Positions 59,832-64,000 of a stretch of DNA of 64,000 nt are shown one piece after another. Every line of letters begins with the position of its first letter. The stretch's first letter is position 1. Where the stretch lies: NCBI GenBank assembly GCA_027320085.1, contig DAHVLZ010000011.1:32001-96000 (forward strand), written 5' to 3'. This stretch comes from Pseudomonadota bacterium. GTDB taxonomy: Bacteria; Pseudomonadota; Gammaproteobacteria; JAKAQQ01. Under the pieces are notes generated by a model. It ran no database searches. It saw only the letters and a program-made list of their open reading frames with translations, and had not been told where the DNA came from. Position numbers and translations under genes: made by a program.

Positions 59832-60803
59832 ATGCGTCGCACGCTTTTGGCTTTGGCCTGTCTCTCCTGCCTCGGGCGCCCGGTCCCGGCCGCCCCCACC
59901 CGCCTCCCGTCCGATGCAGTCCGCACCTTCATCGCCCACATGGTGCGCGTCCACCATTTCGACGCCCAGGCGCTCACGGCACTCTTCCGCAAGGCCCGAC
60001 TCCTGCCGGGCGTGCTGGCCCTGATCCACCACCCCTACGAGGCACTGCCCTGGCGCCGCTACCGCGCACTCTTTGTCAACCCGGAAAAGATCCGGCTCGG
60101 GCAGGCCTGGCTCCGGGCCCATGCCCGCTCCATCCGACAGGAAGAGCGCCACTTCGGCGTCCCCGGCACCCTCATTGCCGCCATCCTGGGGGTCGAGACC
60201 AACTACGGCCGGATCACCGGGGAGATCCCGGCGCTGGACAGCCTGAGCACACTGGCGTTCGGGGATCCGAGGCGGGGGGGGTTTTTCCGTCATCAACTGA
60301 GCGGTTTTCTCCGGCTCTGCCGGCGGGAGCACTTCAACCCCCTGGCCATCCGCGGATCCTACGCCGGCGCGCTCGGCATCCCGCAGTTCATGCCAAACAC
60401 CTACCTCAACTATGCGATCGGCCCCCCGCCGGGCCGGCGGGTCAACCTCTTCACCAGCATGAGGAATGCGATCGACAGCGTGGCCCGGTACATCAGGGCC
60501 AAGGGTTGGCAACCGGGCCAGCCTGTCGCCATCGAGGTCGCCCTCGCACCCGACCGGCCCCCTCCGGCCTCCGACCTCCTCGAAACCCCCACGCATGCCC
60601 GCGCCCTGCGCCGGGCCGGACTTCTCATTCCCCATCGCCTGTCCAACCACCTGACCGTGGAGCTCGTGGCCCGGCCGGGACTCACGGATACCCACTACTG
60701 GCTCACACTCCCCAACTTCCAGTGCCTCATGGCCTACAACCCGAGCATCAACTACACGATGGCGGTCTTCGAACTTGCCCTCCACCTCGCAGGACCATCC
60801 TGA
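59832..60803 (+). CDS. mltB: Lytic murein transglycosylase B
   Basis: ILGVETNYG, GSYAGALGIPQFMP, YNPSINYTMAV. Confidence 0.92.
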   Translation: MRRTLLALACLSCLGRPVPAAPTRLPSDAVRTFIAHMVRVHHFDAQALTALFRKARLLPGVLALIHHPYEALPWRRYRALFVNPEKIRLGQAWLRAHARSIRQEERHFGVPGTLIAAILGVETNYGRITGEIPALDSLSTLAFGDPRRGGFFRHQLSGFLRLCRREHFNPLAIRGSYAGALGIPQFMPNTYLNYAIGPPPGRRVNLFTSMRNAIDSVARYIRAKGWQPGQPVAIEVALAPDRPPPASDLLETPTHARALRRAGLLIPHRLSNHLTVELVARPGLTDTHYWLTLPNFQCLMAYNPSINYTMAVFELALHLAGPS

Positions 60804-61563
60804 AGGGTCGTGGGTTCCCCGACTCGGCCTCGGACTGGGGCTCCTTGTGCTCGCCGCCTGCGCGCCCTTTCCGAAACGGTCGGGAGAGCGGATGGGCCGG
60901 GCCACCTCCAGCAGCTCCTATGTGGTCGATGGCCGCCGCTATTACGTGCTCCAGAATGCCCTGGGCTACAACCAGCGGGGCATCGCCTCGTGGTACGGCC
61001 TCCATTCGATCGGCAAGCCCACGGCCAGCGGCATTCCCTACAATCCTGCCGCGCTCACGGCAGCCAGCAAGGTCCTGCCCCTCGGCACCTGGGTCCGGGT
61101 CACCAACCTGGTGAACGGCCGCCGGGTCAACGTCCGCATCGACGATCGGGGTCCTTTCGTGACGCACCGGATCATCGACCTGTCCTACGCGGCAGCCCGA
61201 CGGCTGAGCATGATCGCGCGCGGCACCGCCCTGGTCGACGTCCGGGCCATTCCCCGTCCCACCCTGCCCGGTGCCGAGCGCTTTCGCCTCGCCCCGCCGC
61301 CCCTGCCCCGCAATCCGCTCGGGCACCCGCCCCGCATGTACCTCCAGGTGGGGGCCTATGCGCGGCGCGGGCGGGCGCTGGGTCTCGAACTCCATCTCAT
61401 GCGGGAGGGGATCCACCCGCTCCGGCTGTTCCCGCTCCGGCGCCACCACCGGTTCCTCTACGTTCTCCAGGTGGGTCCGCTCGGGCACGTTCGGGAACTT
61501 GACCGCCTCGCCCGGCGTCTTAAGGCTCTGGGCTACCCGAACACGGAGGTCATCATCCGCTGA
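60775..61563 (+). CDS. rlpA: Septal ring lytic transglycosylase RlpA with SPOR domain
   Basis: Lipobox LAAC, GIASWYG, DRGPF, RIIDLSYAAA, LQVGAY; start uncertain. Confidence 0.9.
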   Translation: MPSTSQDHPEGSWVPRLGLGLGLLVLAACAPFPKRSGERMGRATSSSSYVVDGRRYYVLQNALGYNQRGIASWYGLHSIGKPTASGIPYNPAALTAASKVLPLGTWVRVTNLVNGRRVNVRIDDRGPFVTHRIIDLSYAAARRLSMIARGTALVDVRAIPRPTLPGAERFRLAPPPLPRNPLGHPPRMYLQVGAYARRGRALGLELHLMREGIHPLRLFPLRRHHRFLYVLQVGPLGHVRELDRLARRLKALGYPNTEVIIR

Positions 61564-61631
61564 TCGGACCCGGACCCGGACTGCAGCCGGGTTAGAATTG
61601 CCACTTCACTGCCTGCCCGACGGAGCCCGCC

Positions 61632-62783
61632 TTGAAATCCCAAACCCGACGCCTTGGAGCCCTGGTTCTGGGCTCGCTGCTCTGTGCCCTCCCTCCCCTG
61701 GCCCACGCCGGCTTCCCCATTCCGCCGGCCCCGAGCTTCCACGCCAAAAGCTGGGTGCTCCTGGATGGACGCACCGGACAGATCCTGGCCCAGCATGATG
61801 CCGGCCAACACCTGGCCCCCGCCAGTCTCACCAAGCTCATGGTGGCCTACATCACCTTCTCCGCCCTTAAGGCCGGCGCGATCCACCCCAACGAACGCTT
61901 CACCATCTCGACCGCGGCCTGGCACACCGGGGGTTCGCGCATGTTCCTCCTGCCGGGAAGCCACGTCACCGTGAACGACCTGCTCAAGGGACTCATCGTC
62001 GACTCCGGCAACGATGCCGCCGTGGCCCTGAGCCAGGCGGTGGCCGGCACCCGCGCGGCGATGGTGGGGCTCATGAACCGCTATGCCCGAAAGCTCGGCC
62101 TCCGCAATACCCACTACGAGGACGTCGACGGTCTGCCGGCCCCGGATCATTACAGCAGCGCCCGCGACATCGCCCGTCTGTCCCGCGACATCATCCGCAC
62201 TTTTCCCGCCGAGTATCACCGCTACTTCGGGATCAAGTCCTTCACGTGGGATCACATCACCCAGCAGAACCGGGTGAGCCTGCTCTGGATGGATTCCTGG
62301 GTCGACGGGCTCAAGACCGGCTACACCGCCCAGGCCGGCTACTGCATGGATGCCTCCGGCATCCAGAACGGCATGCGTCTCATCGCCGTGGTCATGGGGG
62401 CACCCTCCTGGAACGCACGGGTTGATGATGCCCAGGCGCTTCTCGACTGGGGCTTCAATTTCTTCCACGACCACGAGCTTTACCGGAAGGCGGCCCCGCT
62501 CGGCCGCGTCCGGGTCGCGCAGGGAACCCGGGGGTCCGTTCCGCTCGGTCTCACCCGGTCGCTCTGGGTGACTGTCCCGAGACTGGACTATCGCTCGCTC
62601 AAGGCCGTCCTGGTCATCCCCAAACACGTCGAGGCCCCGGTCGCGACCACCCAGGCCGTGGGGACGCTCCGGGTGATGCTCGGACGCCACCTGCTCATCA
62701 CCCGGCCGCTCTACCCGCTCATGGCCGTCCAGCGCGGCAACTGGTTCGAGCAGCTCCTGGACATGCTCGGACAGCTCTTCTAG
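61632..62783 (+). CDS. dacA: D-alanyl-D-alanine carboxypeptidase
   Basis: PASLTKLM, SGNDA, GLKTGYT. Confidence 0.92.
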   Translation: MKSQTRRLGALVLGSLLCALPPLAHAGFPIPPAPSFHAKSWVLLDGRTGQILAQHDAGQHLAPASLTKLMVAYITFSALKAGAIHPNERFTISTAAWHTGGSRMFLLPGSHVTVNDLLKGLIVDSGNDAAVALSQAVAGTRAAMVGLMNRYARKLGLRNTHYEDVDGLPAPDHYSSARDIARLSRDIIRTFPAEYHRYFGIKSFTWDHITQQNRVSLLWMDSWVDGLKTGYTAQAGYCMDASGIQNGMRLIAVVMGAPSWNARVDDAQALLDWGFNFFHDHELYRKAAPLGRVRVAQGTRGSVPLGLTRSLWVTVPRLDYRSLKAVLVIPKHVEAPVATTQAVGTLRVMLGRHLLITRPLYPLMAVQRGNWFEQLLDMLGQLF

Positions 62784-62785
62784 CG

Positions 62786-63655
62786 GTGGATACGGTCTTC
62801 CTGAACGGAGCGTTCCTGCCGGCGGCGGCGGCCCGCATTTCACCCTTCGATCGCGGTTTTCTCTTTGCCGATGCCGTCTACGAGGTGATTCCGGCCTATC
62901 GCTCGAGGCTGTTCCTCTGGCCGCCTCACCATGCCCGCCTGGTGCGCAGCCTGGACGCCCTGGGACTCGAGAACCCGTATGGGGAGGAAGACTGGCGGCG
63001 GCTGCTCGGCCATCTGATCGAGGTCAACGGGGGGGGTGATCTTTCGGTCTACCTTGAAGTCACCCGGGGGACCGAGCCGGTGCGCGACCATCGGATTCCC
63101 GTGGGCCTCCCCCCCACGGTCTTTGCCCTGACCCAGCCGGCCCTGCCCCCCGATCCCATGCTCGAACAGCAGGGCCAGACCGTGGTCCTGCGCCCGGATT
63201 TCCGCTGGCAGCGCTGCGACATCAAGTCCACGGCCCTCCTCGCCAATGTTTTATTGCGCGAGTCGGCCCGTCAAGCGGACGCTGGAGAGGCGCTGCTCGT
63301 GCGCGACGGATTCGTCCTCGAGGGCACTTCGAGCAATGTCCTGGCCCTTCACGGCAACACGGTTTCAAGCCCGCCGGACGGACCCCTGCTCTTGGCCGGC
63401 GTCACGCGGGATCTCATGCTCGAGCTGGCGGATCAAAGCGGCTTCCGGGCCATCCGCAAAAACCTGACGCCCGATGAGTTGGGGACCGCCGACGAAGTCT
63501 GGCTGACCAGTACCCGCCGCATCCTGGCGCCCGTGACCCGGATCGAAGGACGGCCGGTCGGAGGCGGCAAACCAGGTCCCGGCTACCGACGCCTGCGGGC
63601 GGCTTTCCAAGAAAGGCTTCAGCACTTTCTCGACGAGGTCCCGTCCTCCGCCTGA
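62786..63655 (+). CDS. dat: D-amino acid aminotransferase (class IV)
   Basis: DRGFLFADAVYEV, CDIKSTALL, EGTSSN, LAGVTR. Confidence 0.88.
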   Translation: MDTVFLNGAFLPAAAARISPFDRGFLFADAVYEVIPAYRSRLFLWPPHHARLVRSLDALGLENPYGEEDWRRLLGHLIEVNGGGDLSVYLEVTRGTEPVRDHRIPVGLPPTVFALTQPALPPDPMLEQQGQTVVLRPDFRWQRCDIKSTALLANVLLRESARQADAGEALLVRDGFVLEGTSSNVLALHGNTVSSPPDGPLLLAGVTRDLMLELADQSGFRAIRKNLTPDELGTADEVWLTSTRRILAPVTRIEGRPVGGGKPGPGYRRLRAAFQERLQHFLDEVPSSA

Positions 63656-64000
63656 ATCGACGCGGTCTCTGCCGGAAGCGATCGCAGCCGGGATCGGAGG
63701 TGAGCTTCGAGATGGCGGCCCACCTCCCGGAGGTCGGCCGGTCCCCCGCAATCGACGACCCGGGTCATCTCGAGCCCTCGAAAGCCGCAAGGGTCGATGC
63801 CGCGGAACGGTCCCAGGTCGTTCGACACGTTGAGGGCGAGACCGTGATAGCTGGCTCCGCGACGGATGCGCAGTCCAATCGAGGCGATCTTGCGCGATTC
63901 CACGTAGACGCCGGGCGCCTCGATCCGGCCATGGGCCAGGATGCCGAAATCGCCGAGACAGTCGATGGTCGACTGTTCGAGCAGGCGAACCAGCCGGCGC
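63619..64000 (-). CDS. lipB: Octanoyltransferase LipB, 5' end outside the window
   Basis: APGVYVESRKIASIGLRIRRGASYHGLALNV..DL..F..IDPCG. Confidence 0.92.
   Translation of the reverse strand, partial: RRLVRLLEQSTIDCLGDFGILAHGRIEAPGVYVESRKIASIGLRIRRGASYHGLALNVSNDLGPFRGIDPCGFRGLEMTRVVDCGGPADLREVGRHLEAHLRSRLRSLPAETASIQAEDGTSSRKC

Overview
High-GC, gene-dense bacterial chromosome segment, most likely a gammaproteobacterium (inferred from gene order and protein motifs). Housekeeping blocks: rimP-nusA-infB-rbfA-truB-rpsO-pnp, thiS-thiG-trmB, hemA-prfA...prmC...moeB, gatCAB, mreBCD-mrdA-rodA-mltB-rlpA-dacA-dat and lipB. Accessory content between them: (1) nadQ-nadA-nadB with a palindromic operator; (2) mbfA; (3) a GlyGly-CTERM surface protein with 159-bp repeats between two paralogous membrane proteins; (4) an amidohydrolase/DUF3311/SSS/GGT operon; (5) a doubly frameshifted hipBA-like remnant; (6) a PhoB-like regulator apparently lacking the phosphoacceptor, with TonB and two TonB-dependent receptors behind two matching 11-bp-period PHO-box-like promoter arrays; (7) a UmuDAb-like umuD-umuC pair with a palindrome over its promoter; (8) cbs-cgl-sseB; (9) a decayed IS607 (tnpA with two amber stops, tnpB lacking RuvC). 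Items 6 and 7 are the strongest candidates for undescribed systems. No rRNA, tRNA or CRISPR array was recognised. All family calls come from motif recognition by eye; no database search was run.
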